Virus record (IMG/VR): IMGVR_UViG_2816332320_000003 | Span: 99,173 to 163,172 of that record | DNA: 64,000 nucleotides | DNA from: a virus | Taxonomy: Duplodnaviria > Caudoviricetes | Strand: one strand, 5' to 3' | Part shown: positions 16,895-27,745 of the stretch, one piece after another | How positions within the stretch are numbered: position 1 is the stretch's first letter | Layout of the letters: each line of letters begins with the position of its first letter | Notes under the pieces: model-generated | The model's input: the letters and a program-made list of their open reading frames with translations, nothing else | What the model was told of the DNA's origin: nothing | Database searches by the model: none | Translations under genes and position numbers: made by a program

Positions 16895-18124
16895 ATGACT
16901 ACACTCTCCCCTACTTTTCTTCTTGATCTCGGAATCAAGAAAAAGAACAAAGAAATTAACTATAGTTGGCAGGAACTCGCTGATAAATACAGCAATGGAC
17001 TATTTCATACAGGTGAAGCATATAGGTGTTGGGTTAAAAATCGTTTAAGAAATAACAACTCTAATGCCGCTAATATTAATAAAAACACTCAGCCTATCAA
17101 TGAGCCTAAATTCAAAGACACAGTTGAAATAAATAAAGATGGCTCTCAAAATAGTAACAAGTTAGTTCGTATGTCTATTGAAGAATCTAAAGACCCTGTT
17201 TATCTGCTTAAGGCGCACGGCTATGATTCCGAATCATGGGAACTTGTTTCAGCAAAATCAAAAGTATGGAATTCATATTCCAAATTAGATGGAATAGTTC
17301 AATTGTATGCAAGCAGCATCACAGTTAAACCGTTAGTTAATGGTTTCTCTATGAATAAGTTGCTTGATGAAATTAAGAAAGTACCTCCTGTTTACGTTAA
17401 AAGTTCATATAGAGATCTATCAGATAAACGATTGCTAGAGATCCCCTTATTTGATTCCCACTTTGGTATTTCAGACTTAGACTACTATAAACCAACTCAA
17501 GATGAGACAATGGATAAAATTCAAAGTAGGACATGGGAAGAAATCGTATTTGTTATAGGACAAGACATGCTCCATAACGACAATTTCAAAGGACAGACAG
17601 CCAACGGAACACCTATTGAAACTGTCAATATGCCTACTGCTTGGCGAGATGCAATGAACTTTTATTATCCATTAATTGAAAAAGCACTTACTTCTTCCAA
17701 TAAAGTTAAAATTATTTATTCTAAGGGAAATCATGATGAATCTATGTCATGGGCTTTTGTCCAGTTGATTAAACAGCGCTTTCCTGAAGCAGAAATTGAT
17801 GATGATTTTATTGAACGTAAATCACACACATTTGGAAAAGTGTTTATTGGTATCACACATGGCGACAAGGCAAGGAAAAACATACATAACCTGTTCCAAG
17901 TTGACTTCCCATTACAATGGGCGCATGCAACTACAAGAGAAGTTCATACTGGTCACTTGCATACCGAAGATTGTAAAGATTGGTATGGAACAATGGTGAG
18001 AACATTGGCGACTCGAAACAAAACGGATAAATGGCATGCAGACAATGGTTTCGTAGGCAATCATAAGAGATTTATGTTATTTGAATACGATGAGACTGAA
18101 CTTAAGAGTATTCATTATGTGTAA
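16895..18124 (+). CDS. calcineurin-like metallophosphoesterase (YonJ position)
   Basis: DSH, GQD, GNHD, HGD and GHLH motifs. Confidence 0.8.
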   Translation: MTTLSPTFLLDLGIKKKNKEINYSWQELADKYSNGLFHTGEAYRCWVKNRLRNNNSNAANINKNTQPINEPKFKDTVEINKDGSQNSNKLVRMSIEESKDPVYLLKAHGYDSESWELVSAKSKVWNSYSKLDGIVQLYASSITVKPLVNGFSMNKLLDEIKKVPPVYVKSSYRDLSDKRLLEIPLFDSHFGISDLDYYKPTQDETMDKIQSRTWEEIVFVIGQDMLHNDNFKGQTANGTPIETVNMPTAWRDAMNFYYPLIEKALTSSNKVKIIYSKGNHDESMSWAFVQLIKQRFPEAEIDDDFIERKSHTFGKVFIGITHGDKARKNIHNLFQVDFPLQWAHATTREVHTGHLHTEDCKDWYGTMVRTLATRNKTDKWHADNGFVGNHKRFMLFEYDETELKSIHYV

Positions 18125-18431
18125 AAATAGTGAATCCGTTAGAGTGCAAGGAGTTTATTTCATTCGGAATAACAAAAACGGTTCAATTAAAATAGGCAGC
18201 TCTAAAGATATATTTAAGAGATTCAGCCAATTAGTTAGCAAGGCTAAATCAACAGGCGAAAAGTTCCCTGATTTAGAACTTGTATATTACTTTCCTTGTT
18301 CTCAATATAAAGAACTAGAGAAAAAACTGCACCATGTCTTCTCAACAAGGAGAATCACTAATGAATGGTTTTTAACCAGTATTGAAGAGATTATTCACAT
18401 TGTAGATCGCTTAAAAAATAGATACTCATAA
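18117..18431 (+). CDS. GIY-YIG/T5orf172-like nuclease-domain protein
   Basis: GVYFI...IKIGSS..I.KR ... LEKKLH..F..RR...EWF. Confidence 0.75.
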   Translation: MCKNSESVRVQGVYFIRNNKNGSIKIGSSKDIFKRFSQLVSKAKSTGEKFPDLELVYYFPCSQYKELEKKLHHVFSTRRITNEWFLTSIEEIIHIVDRLKNRYS

Positions 18432-18655
18432 GTTCGAGATACAATCCCATCAAATATTAATTTTATTCAGTCCCATTTGGGCATATCCATAAAGGGACTC
18501 CCCCTCTTAAGAACTGTCTTAGGTCATTCAAGCAATCCTCTGCTTGAGTGACTCAAAGGCAGCTTTTTTGTGTTGCCTAATAGGGATAGGAGTGATCTGA
18601 CAAGAGGTAGCCCTCCCCTCCCTCTTCCCTATTCTCTTTTTATGGAGGTGTATTT

Positions 18656-19729
18656 ATGACTATAACTAAAAACACTAAACTGGAAGTTTCAAAGAAAACG
18701 TGTCTTTCCTGTGGAAAAAATAAAAAATACGAGCAATTTTACTTATCTAACAGTGATTACCATAAAGTTGATGGAAAACATCCGGTCTGTAAAGACTGCC
18801 TTAAGAAAAATTTAGATATAGACGATATTGAAACAGTCAAGCACGTTCTTATTGAGTTAAACCGACCTTTTCTCGCTGATATATGGGAGAGCACTCTTGC
18901 CGAGTCAAGCGCAAGAAAAAAGGAAGCTTTTGGGATGTACATAAAGAATGTACAACTAAATTTTAAGGATTTGACTTGGAAGGATAGCATGTTCGATTCA
19001 ACCAAAAATGAAGTTCTGACTGAGAATCCAGTTTTGGAACAGCCCCTTCAATCTGAAGATAGTTTAAATGACCAAAAAAATAAAGAAGATGTCATGAGGA
19101 TGCTGGGTTATGACCCTTTTGAGACTGAGAATCCATTAGATAAACGACATTTATACAATAAACTTGTAGATTTCCTTGATGAATCAACACTTGAAGACTC
19201 ATTCAAACTTCCAGCAGTCATCGAAATTGTTAAGACATTTAATCAGCTTGATAAGATTAATGCCGCCCTATCTACAATAACTTCAAATGCCAAGGAATTG
19301 GCAAGTAATGTTGGTGCTGTAAACTCCCTCATCAACGCGAAAGAAAAAATGCTTAAAACAGCATTAGCACTAGCAAAAGACAATGGGATATCTGTTAACC
19401 ATAACAATAATAAGTCAAAAGGTGCTGGAACCCTCTCAGGAATCATTAAGCAGCTACAAGAAAAAGGTATTCATTCAGCAGAAATTAATATTTACGACAT
19501 CGAAACTGGTCTAGGCATGAAACAGGTAGCTGATATCAGCAATAGGAGTATATTTGAGCAGTTAATGCTGAATGAAAACGACTATACAGAGATGATTAAA
19601 GAACAACGAGATATGATCATTAAATATGAACAACAGCTTTCTCACCTAGAAGAAGAGAATCGGAAAATAAAAATTCAACTAAAAAATCTTGAGGAGTTGA
19701 TGGCGGAAAGAAGTGGCTCTCAAGTATGA
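18656..19729 (+). CDS. putative terminase small subunit-like protein (Zn finger, coiled coil)
   Basis: CLSC..CKDC; overlaps the start of the terminase large subunit. Confidence 0.55.
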   Translation: MTITKNTKLEVSKKTCLSCGKNKKYEQFYLSNSDYHKVDGKHPVCKDCLKKNLDIDDIETVKHVLIELNRPFLADIWESTLAESSARKKEAFGMYIKNVQLNFKDLTWKDSMFDSTKNEVLTENPVLEQPLQSEDSLNDQKNKEDVMRMLGYDPFETENPLDKRHLYNKLVDFLDESTLEDSFKLPAVIEIVKTFNQLDKINAALSTITSNAKELASNVGAVNSLINAKEKMLKTALALAKDNGISVNHNNNKSKGAGTLSGIIKQLQEKGIHSAEINIYDIETGLGMKQVADISNRSIFEQLMLNENDYTEMIKEQRDMIIKYEQQLSHLEEENRKIKIQLKNLEELMAERSGSQV

Positions 19730-21597
19730 ATATAATAGTAAAAGAATCAAAACAAGAAATTTCACAGCGAAAATTAGAAGGCTATCTTAAGTTAGCAACG
19801 ATAATCCAATGGGGAAGAAAATCTCCAGTTAAGTTTTGTGAGCGATTTTATGGGATTGAATTCTTAGATAACCAAAAATATGTATTTATGATGAGTTGGG
19901 TCACTCCATTTAATGTGTGGTGCCAATCCCGAAACAGTGGTAAAACAACTCTTGCTGCACCTTTTATGATGGCGAAATCGAATTTAATTCCTAACTTTCA
20001 AACCTATATCATGTCTGGTGTTGGCTCTCAAGCTCAAGAAGCTTTTTTAAAGATTGAGAAAATCGCTAAACGCGAAATTGCTTCTTTTACCGGATTAACT
20101 GATGTTTTCTACAATGAAACTGTTAAAAGTGCAGCAAATACTGATGGCTTCACCCATAACCCCGCCTCTTTTCAATATAAGCTATACAATGGTTCCTCTG
20201 TTAACTCACTGAATGGTGCTTTTGACAACAATCGAAGTAAACGCTCAAATTTAAACTTCTATGACGAAGCAGGATTTGCTCCTGAAGAAATGTTTGAAAC
20301 TTCTATGCCATTCCTTGCTCAAGATAGCAATTTCAAATTAGGCGGAGACGTTGACATATCATTGCTCCCCAAAGAATTTCCGAATCAAGTCGTAGCCGCT
20401 TCATCTGCTTCAAGCACAGACACGTATTTCTATAAGCTGTATAAAGATTATGCAAAAAAAATGATACTCGGAGACAAAAGATACTTTGTCGCTGATATCA
20501 ATGCTGAAATTGTTATCAATGCCACTTTCAATGGTAAGAAATATCCGGGTTTGTTAAGACAAGAAGTTATTGATGACGCAATGAAAAAGAACAAAGAAAA
20601 GGCATTGCGTGAATACTATAACAAGTTCTCTACTGAGGGTGGAGAAAATCAAGCAATTAAACGGGCAACTATCATTCGAAATAGTGAAGTTCGGATTCCC
20701 CTACTTCATCAAGATAGCGATAAAAAGTTCGTCTTAGCATACGACCCTGCACGTTCTTATGATAATGCTGTATGTATGGTTGGAGAACTTTACTATGACG
20801 AGATTGTCGGTTATAAGATGCGTATTTGCAATGGTGTAAGTTTTGTGGATGTATCAAAGAAGAAAAAAACCCCTATGCGAACTCCAGAACAAATAAGTCA
20901 TATTAAGCAAATGCTTCTTAATTATAACGGTAATGGCTTTGCAGATTATGAAAACATTGAAGCACTGATGATTGACTCTGGGGCTGGTGGTGGTGGTCAT
21001 ATCATTGCAGATGACTTTATGGAAGATTGGGTTGACAATAAAGGTATTAAGCATAAGGGATTAATTGATGCTATCGAACTATCTGACTATGTAAATAACT
21101 TTCCAAATGCGGCAGATAAACTCAAGCTAATGAATCCCAAAAAATACAAAAACGAAATGTTTGATGCTTTGGTTGAAATGCTGGGGTTGGATCTAATTTC
21201 TTTCACTGAAGAATATGACATGAAGGGTCATTTATCTATTTTCGTGAACTCTGAATTTGAGTATGAAGATGAAACCAAAAATAAAAAGAAGCAGATTCAA
21301 TCAAACCAAAAAATAAACAAACTATCTTCTGATGAAGAGCTGGCATTGAAAAACATCGATTTAGCAAAAGAAGAAATCGTTAATATCTTTCGATATGACA
21401 ATCCTAGTGGTGGTTATAGATATGCCCTATCCCCTGATAAAGAATCAAAAATGCATGATGATAGAGCATATTGTATTGCTATGTTGGCATGGTTCCTTCA
21501 ACAAAAACGGAGATCGCAGATTTTGAATAAACAACAAGAGGAAATTGATCTTTCGCTTGTCCCCACGCAAGTCTCGACTCTTAATATTACCCTGTAA
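19726..21597 (+). CDS. terL: terminase large subunit
   Basis: Walker A SRNSGKT, Walker B FYDEAG, nuclease motifs YDPA and HDDR. Confidence 0.92.
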   Translation: MNIIVKESKQEISQRKLEGYLKLATIIQWGRKSPVKFCERFYGIEFLDNQKYVFMMSWVTPFNVWCQSRNSGKTTLAAPFMMAKSNLIPNFQTYIMSGVGSQAQEAFLKIEKIAKREIASFTGLTDVFYNETVKSAANTDGFTHNPASFQYKLYNGSSVNSLNGAFDNNRSKRSNLNFYDEAGFAPEEMFETSMPFLAQDSNFKLGGDVDISLLPKEFPNQVVAASSASSTDTYFYKLYKDYAKKMILGDKRYFVADINAEIVINATFNGKKYPGLLRQEVIDDAMKKNKEKALREYYNKFSTEGGENQAIKRATIIRNSEVRIPLLHQDSDKKFVLAYDPARSYDNAVCMVGELYYDEIVGYKMRICNGVSFVDVSKKKKTPMRTPEQISHIKQMLLNYNGNGFADYENIEALMIDSGAGGGGHIIADDFMEDWVDNKGIKHKGLIDAIELSDYVNNFPNAADKLKLMNPKKYKNEMFDALVEMLGLDLISFTEEYDMKGHLSIFVNSEFEYEDETKNKKKQIQSNQKINKLSSDEELALKNIDLAKEEIVNIFRYDNPSGGYRYALSPDKESKMHDDRAYCIAMLAWFLQQKRRSQILNKQQEEIDLSLVPTQVSTLNITL

Positions 21598-21615
21598 CAC
21601 CTTTAAAAAAGTGAG

Positions 21616-23214
21616 GTGAAAAACTTTGTGTCTTCAACAGAACTTGTATCTCAATTAGACCAGAACACGTTTGTAATCACAGCTCAAGAGAACGAAAAAC
21701 AAATTCTTGAAAAAGCCATTTATGATTACAATAACAACTCAAATTTCCGTTCCACCTACTTTAACGAAAGCTCTACTCTAATCAATTTTAAAATTGAAGA
21801 TATTGACCGCCTCGCTCTTAATGCACAGTCAAACCTTAACAATATTATTCAAATCAATAACATCGTTAGATATTATGTAAATAAGAATGATATTCTAGGT
21901 AAAGTTTACGAAGCAATCGAAACAAACGTTAACTCAGATTGGACTTTAAGTTATCCAAATTATTCGGAAGATAAAAAAGATATCTATGAAGAAGTAGACA
22001 ATCTAATTAAGGATTTCAATGAGAAAATTGGTTTGAGTAAATTGATTACTGAATCCATACCAATGACATATCTAGAAGGTAACTATGCAATTTATCTACG
22101 GAAAGATGCTGATAATCAACGTTATCAAGTTGACTACTACCCTCTTGGTATATGTGAAGTTGCAGATTATGAGGTTGCAAGCGAACCTTATGTTCTGATC
22201 AATATTAAAGAATTGGAATCAAGGCTAAGGAAGATATATAAAAAAAACAAAAGCAATAAACCATTGTTCTACAAGGACATGGACGAAGAAATCAAAGACA
22301 CATATCCGAACGAGGTTTATGAGGCTTATTCAAATAAAGAAACATTTGCAAAGCTGGACATTGAAAAATCAGGTCTGATTCGAATCAATAATCTAAAACG
22401 AAAATATGGTCTTTCCCCTATTTTTAGAGCTTTAAAGTCTTCTATCCGCTTGGAGAATATCGAGTTGTCTGATGATAAGAATACTCTTGTACGTGGTAAA
22501 AAGATCATTTTTCAAAAGCTGATTAAAGAGTTGGTTACACAAGGTAATTTGCCTAATATTACTTGGAGTTCAGCACAAGCTAAGGCTCATGTTGATCTAA
22601 TGGCAGCGTTAAACAGCAAAGGTACTAGTGTCTTTACAGGAACTCCTTGGACAGAAAAGATTGAGTACATTGAGCCAAAACTGGAGCAAACCAATGTTCA
22701 AATCAAGAACCAATACAGGCAAGAAATAATGACAAGTGTTGGTATTGCCTATCTGAATTCTGCTGACAAAGGCTATGGTAGCTCAAAGATTAGCATTGAA
22801 GAATTAATGAAGATGATTAACAAGATCGGTGAACAGTTAGAATCGATTTTAGTTAAGTGGTATAAAGGCATCCTTATTGATAATGGCATTGATCCCAAAT
22901 ACTGCCCCAAAATTAAGGTAATTGACTCTGAAAAGCTGAGTGTGGAATTGTCTATGAATTTGGCTCGCATGCTTAACACAGAGATGAATGCCTCATTAAC
23001 AACCACTTATAAAGTTATTGGACTAGATGTTAAAACCGAAGCCAAACTGAGACAGCAAGAGAAAGAAATGGGATACGAAGCTATATTTGCCCCACGGCAA
23101 ACAGCTTATACCAATAACGGTAATAGTGAAAATGATGTTGGACGCCCTTCGGATTCTGATGATGTTGATAAACAAGATTATGACACTGATTATAATAAAA
23201 ATGTAGGTAGGTAA
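21616..23214 (+). CDS. portal protein
   Basis: 532 aa after terL; YGLSPIF motif; GRP-containing acidic tail. Confidence 0.75.
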   Translation: MKNFVSSTELVSQLDQNTFVITAQENEKQILEKAIYDYNNNSNFRSTYFNESSTLINFKIEDIDRLALNAQSNLNNIIQINNIVRYYVNKNDILGKVYEAIETNVNSDWTLSYPNYSEDKKDIYEEVDNLIKDFNEKIGLSKLITESIPMTYLEGNYAIYLRKDADNQRYQVDYYPLGICEVADYEVASEPYVLINIKELESRLRKIYKKNKSNKPLFYKDMDEEIKDTYPNEVYEAYSNKETFAKLDIEKSGLIRINNLKRKYGLSPIFRALKSSIRLENIELSDDKNTLVRGKKIIFQKLIKELVTQGNLPNITWSSAQAKAHVDLMAALNSKGTSVFTGTPWTEKIEYIEPKLEQTNVQIKNQYRQEIMTSVGIAYLNSADKGYGSSKISIEELMKMINKIGEQLESILVKWYKGILIDNGIDPKYCPKIKVIDSEKLSVELSMNLARMLNTEMNASLTTTYKVIGLDVKTEAKLRQQEKEMGYEAIFAPRQTAYTNNGNSENDVGRPSDSDDVDKQDYDTDYNKNVGR

Positions 23215-23222
23215 TGTAAGCC

Positions 23223-23378
23223 ATGCATCAAATCAAAAAGACAGTATGTCCGTGTTGTAATGAGTCTTTGCAGATCCTAGTTAATGAAGACGATTGCATA
23301 GAATTGACTTTAGTTACAGATTCATTGGCTGAACCATCGAAAGAAACTCTTGAGTCTCTTCGTATTGAATTTGGATAA
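23223..23378 (+). CDS. 51-aa protein with CPCC motif (not in ORF track)
   Basis: MHQIKKTVCPCCNESLQILVN...IEFG; fills the portal-protease gap and has an AGGT RBS. Confidence 0.6.
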   Translation: MHQIKKTVCPCCNESLQILVNEDDCIELTLVTDSLAEPSKETLESLRIEFG

Positions 23379-23415
23379 TTTATTCTCTTTAGAAAGGTGG
23401 TGAATAAACAACGTA

Positions 23416-24915
23416 ATGGATCGAATTAAATTAGATAGTTATTTTCCTGTTTTTTTAAGTGAAGATAGTTCAAGTGATTGCGCTGACGCAAAATTTATCA
23501 TCTGTGACTTCTCCCCTAACGCTAATGATGTTTCGTTAAATCGGGACACAATCGAAGATTGGTTAGACACGCTAGTTAACAAGCCAGTGGTTGGTAAAGT
23601 AATCAAAAAAATCGGTGGAAAAGACGATTTCTCTGGTCATAATGCTCGAATCATTGAAGAAACAGATGAAGATGGTAATATCATCAAATCTGTTGAATTT
23701 GACACCGATGCATTTGGTACATTCTATAGCGTTGGGATAGAAACAATTGATGACATTGAGTATATTGTAGCACAGGCAAAAATTTGGAAGAGATTTAAAA
23801 GAGCATACAAAGTCTTCGAACAACGAGCTAAAAGTAAAAAAGGAATTAAAACGTCTTGGGAAATTAACGTAAATGAATCTCATTCTGAAAAAATAAAAAA
23901 TAAGAATATCAAGGTTATTGATTCAGGGTTTTTTATTGGACATGCGGTTCTTGGTGCAGATGTGCAACCTGCCTACAAAAGTAGTGGACTGATTAATGTC
24001 GCAAGCGAACTAGAAGATACTGAATTGGCTGAGGCTCTCTCGCAGGATATTCTGGCTTTAACCGAAAAGAATGAAACAAATAGTACATCATCCAAAGACA
24101 ATGAATCATTATACAGTGAAGGAGGAAATGAACAAGTGGATAAAGGTAAAAATCTTAACACCTCTGCTCTCACAGAGAATGATGTTTATCGAAAAGTAAG
24201 AAAAGCAATTAACAGCACCACTCAAGAAAAATACTACTATATGTCAATGATCTACCCTTACGAATATAGAGCTATTGCATATGACTGGAATAGAGATAAA
24301 GACTCTGACTTTATTGAGTTTACTTACAGCGTTAATTCTGATGATACTATAAGTATTACTAGCCAGAAACAAGTTGAGATGGTATTTGTACCAAAAGCCG
24401 CTGTAGACACTCAAGTGTCAGAGCTTCAAGAAAAGCTGGCAGAAGCAGAAAGTCAAATAGCCGAGGCTGGAAAATCATTGACAGAGATTTCCAAGCAAAA
24501 AGAACAATTAGAAACCACCATTTCTGAACTAGCTCCTTATAAGGTAAAAGTAGAGGAAATGGAACAAGCGGAACAGCAACGAGTATTAGCTGAGAAGAAG
24601 GATGAACTAAAAACTTTTGCTCTTGATGCTGATCTGATCACTTCCGAAGAATTGGAACAAGATGAAGAATTGTCTACTATCTTTTCAGAGCTAACCCTTG
24701 AGAACCTTGAGTCAAGTCAGAGTAAAATTGAAGTTATTAAGGGTCGTCGTGCAATTGAAAAATTCAAGCATAACAAGAATGACACAACTAATACCCAAGA
24801 CTTTGAGACTAGTAGCAAAAATGACTTTAAAGCTGTCAAATCAACACTTAACAACGGTGATGGAGATGGCGTTCTAACAGCGTCCCAAATTGTTAAAGGG
24901 TTCTTGGGTAAATAA
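23416..24915 (+). CDS. prohead protease/scaffold (YonD-like)
   Basis: N-terminal protease-like domain (F.GH, SWEI) and acidic coiled-coil C-terminus. Confidence 0.7.
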   Translation: MDRIKLDSYFPVFLSEDSSSDCADAKFIICDFSPNANDVSLNRDTIEDWLDTLVNKPVVGKVIKKIGGKDDFSGHNARIIEETDEDGNIIKSVEFDTDAFGTFYSVGIETIDDIEYIVAQAKIWKRFKRAYKVFEQRAKSKKGIKTSWEINVNESHSEKIKNKNIKVIDSGFFIGHAVLGADVQPAYKSSGLINVASELEDTELAEALSQDILALTEKNETNSTSSKDNESLYSEGGNEQVDKGKNLNTSALTENDVYRKVRKAINSTTQEKYYYMSMIYPYEYRAIAYDWNRDKDSDFIEFTYSVNSDDTISITSQKQVEMVFVPKAAVDTQVSELQEKLAEAESQIAEAGKSLTEISKQKEQLETTISELAPYKVKVEEMEQAEQQRVLAEKKDELKTFALDADLITSEELEQDEELSTIFSELTLENLESSQSKIEVIKGRRAIEKFKHNKNDTTNTQDFETSSKNDFKAVKSTLNNGDGDGVLTASQIVKGFLGK

Positions 24916-24944
24916 TATTTAATATTCATTTAGGAGGAACAATT

Positions 24945-25409
24945 ATGCTACGTAATGTAATTACTGGTTCTAAAACAACAGAAATCTATAAAGTCGGTTC
25001 AGACGTAAAACGTGGTACTGTAGTAACTAAAAATATTGGAACAAAAGTTGCAGATAAGGCATCTGATGTTGCAGTTGATACCTATTTGGTTGATTTTGAC
25101 TCCCAGCCTATGGGTCACTTGAGTGATGTTGAAATCTCTGCCTATGAAGATGCTATGGATACTGTAAAAGCTAATACATATGCTGTCCTCGTAAAGCCAG
25201 CGGTAGGCACACAATGGGCAATTGATCAAATCGTAGCCACTGGTCTTAATGCAGGTGACTATCTAGTCGCTGGTACAGCAGGAAATGCAGGCAAACTTGT
25301 TAAAGCTACAGCAGGTAAAATTTCGATCTACAAATATGTCGGTCAATACATTGATGGAACTAAAACACTTCATCAATTTGAAGTTGTATATCCAGTTACA
25401 GTTGCCTAA
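24945..25409 (+). CDS. head decoration/cement protein (YonC position)
   Basis: 154 aa, G/A/V-rich, immediately before the major capsid gene. Confidence 0.6.
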   Translation: MLRNVITGSKTTEIYKVGSDVKRGTVVTKNIGTKVADKASDVAVDTYLVDFDSQPMGHLSDVEISAYEDAMDTVKANTYAVLVKPAVGTQWAIDQIVATGLNAGDYLVAGTAGNAGKLVKATAGKISIYKYVGQYIDGTKTLHQFEVVYPVTVA

Positions 25410-25435
25410 CTATATCATTAAGGAGGATTTAGAAC

Positions 25436-26440
25436 ATGTCTAAACTATTTAACACTGAAATTTCTTCAGCTATGCAAGAAAAAAATATCATTGAGCTTTC
25501 TCAAAGACATAAAAATAATCAACTCGATGCAAGTGATAAAGAAATGATTGAAGTACTGGATGTATTCGCTAAGGAAATTGGTACATCTGGCAAAACATCT
25601 GAAAACACTACCTTGATTTCTGAGTTAATTAAGCGAACTGTAGAACCCCTAGTATTCCAACCTGATACAAGCATTTTGTCAAATATCTTTAATATGGGTT
25701 CCATCGGTGAATTTGATGAAACTGTGTACACAGGACTACCCAAGAACACCATTAAGGCATATGATGCAGTTCGAGGTGGCAACGTACCTAAAAGCTATGT
25801 TGATCCAAGTATTTTCCAACCAATTAAACATAAACTTCAAGTTGAAACTGAGTTGAATTATTCCGATCTGCGTAGAAATGGCTGGAAATCTATCGCTAAG
25901 ATGACTGAATTCACTCGTGAAGCATTTGAGCAAGAGATGTTTAATCGTCTATTTGCTGGTGTTGATGCTGCGCTCGACTCACTTACGGGTGAACAGAATA
26001 TCGACACAGGTTCCGCTCTTACTCAAACTAATGCTGAGACTCTTGCTCGTTATCTCCGTGATATGTCTGAAGGTAATCCATTTATGATTGGACTGTCCAA
26101 GTACATCGATGGTATGGCTCGTATGAGTGGTTATGAAACTTATCTAAGTAACGATCTTAAAGATGAGTTGAATCGCGTGGGTCGCCTTGCAATGTTTGAC
26201 GGTGTGCGCCTCTCCTCTGTCCCAACCGCTAAAAAGACTACAAAAGGAAACACACTTATTCCAGACAAGCGTATCTTCGGTATTGCTGGTATCATTGGCG
26301 ATGCACAAATGCGTGGTGAAATGCGTCTTTATGAGACTTATGACAACAATGCTGAAAAGGTTGATTTGAAATTTACAGGGTATGATTTCGAATACACTAT
26401 CTACTACCTTGATAAACTTTCTCGTATTGCCTTTTCTTAA
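25436..26440 (+). CDS. major capsid protein
   Basis: 334 aa, strong RBS AAGGAGG, position in head module, followed by a terminator. Confidence 0.8.
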   Translation: MSKLFNTEISSAMQEKNIIELSQRHKNNQLDASDKEMIEVLDVFAKEIGTSGKTSENTTLISELIKRTVEPLVFQPDTSILSNIFNMGSIGEFDETVYTGLPKNTIKAYDAVRGGNVPKSYVDPSIFQPIKHKLQVETELNYSDLRRNGWKSIAKMTEFTREAFEQEMFNRLFAGVDAALDSLTGEQNIDTGSALTQTNAETLARYLRDMSEGNPFMIGLSKYIDGMARMSGYETYLSNDLKDELNRVGRLAMFDGVRLSSVPTAKKTTKGNTLIPDKRIFGIAGIIGDAQMRGEMRLYETYDNNAEKVDLKFTGYDFEYTIYYLDKLSRIAFS

Positions 26441-26460
26441 TTATATTGACTAAATTATTG

Positions 26461-26500
26461 GGGGCAATCTTTTAATTAAGTTTCGCCCTTTTTCTTTTTT
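26461..26500 (+). terminator. intrinsic terminator after capsid gene
   Basis: GGGC..GCCC stem followed by a T tract. Confidence 0.55.
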
Positions 26501-26514
26501 GGGAGGATAACCAA

Positions 26515-27252
26515 ATGTCGTTAGATATTTTAAATGGAAAGATCAGAGTGCTGAATTATGAACAATCCCCTGTTGGATTCCCTAGTCAGCACAACCAGCA
26601 AGGTGCTTTCATTCGAGGTCGAGACGAACATGAAGACTTTGTTATTGAACGAGTTGCATTTGATGATATCGAAATTGAGAATAGCAAATCAGACCTTTTC
26701 AAAGTGGGACGCCTCCGGTTTCATCCTGATGAGGAAGATGAGATTTATCTCAAACTAGGCATTGAGGACAAAGAAAACATCCTAAGTGATAAGCAATTAT
26801 TTGATTTGCTAATGAATGATTCCATTGATGTTATTAAGCGAATTAGCTCCTTGAAGTCATTAAGTCTTTTGACGCGAATGAAATCTAAGTTGTTTACTAT
26901 GGAGCGAACTGGGAAAATGCCTCCGCATACAATTACTGCCGTGGTAAGTGAGCGGTTAAGTGAATTAAAAAATGGTGGCAAGCGAAATCTAGACAGTGAA
27001 ATTAATCGAATTATGGAATTGGATAAAAAAGCACAACAAGAAGGTAAGCTTCAAGAAACGTTAGATCAGCTAATGAAAAAGGTCGAAACTCTTGAACAAG
27101 AAACAAAACAAAAAGATGTTCTCCTTTCAAAATCACAAGCTGCTATAGAAGATCTATTGGCTAAAGTGGATAGTTTGTCAGAGGTTAAACAGGCTGCCAA
27201 TGCTACGGATGATAATAAAAAGCAAGTTGGACGACCACCTAAAGACAAGTAG
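26515..27252 (+). CDS. YonA-like virion-associated protein
   Basis: Position; coiled coil and GRPPK tail. Confidence 0.55.
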   Translation: MSLDILNGKIRVLNYEQSPVGFPSQHNQQGAFIRGRDEHEDFVIERVAFDDIEIENSKSDLFKVGRLRFHPDEEDEIYLKLGIEDKENILSDKQLFDLLMNDSIDVIKRISSLKSLSLLTRMKSKLFTMERTGKMPPHTITAVVSERLSELKNGGKRNLDSEINRIMELDKKAQQEGKLQETLDQLMKKVETLEQETKQKDVLLSKSQAAIEDLLAKVDSLSEVKQAANATDDNKKQVGRPPKDK

Positions 27253-27262
27253 GTGATTTTTA

Positions 27263-27745
27263 GTGTCAACCTCTTATGAACTGTTAACTAAAAAATTCAT
27301 CGGCAAAATCAAAAATGATGATGACTTCTTTAATTACGGTAATTTACCTGAATCGGAAATTGAAGAAATGGTTAACTATCATCTTCATTCACTAATTGAT
27401 CGAGCTGTAGGTTTCATTTACAAATATGGTGATCCTGATGTCAATTTGTACGACAAAGATGACTCTATGCAACAATTCAACATTGACCTTGTAGTACAGG
27501 AAATTGATTTACTATCTGATATCATGTATTTTTCTTACATTGAGGAACAACGGAATAAAATCAAGACCTTGAGTTTGACATTTAAAAGCAATGAATTGAA
27601 TGTCTTCTCCCCTGCCAATGAACGGCGTACTACTTTGGATATGATTGAAAAGGTTGAGACATTGACAATAAATGCGGTACAAAATTACTTCGCAAGGGAC
27701 AGATTAACGTGGAAGTATAAAAGTATCTATTTAGGTGACATCTAA
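27263..27745 (+). CDS. head-tail adaptor-like protein (YomZ position)
   Basis: Helical 160 aa with FSPAN motif, after the capsid module. Confidence 0.55.
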   Translation: MSTSYELLTKKFIGKIKNDDDFFNYGNLPESEIEEMVNYHLHSLIDRAVGFIYKYGDPDVNLYDKDDSMQQFNIDLVVQEIDLLSDIMYFSYIEEQRNKIKTLSLTFKSNELNVFSPANERRTTLDMIEKVETLTINAVQNYFARDRLTWKYKSIYLGDI

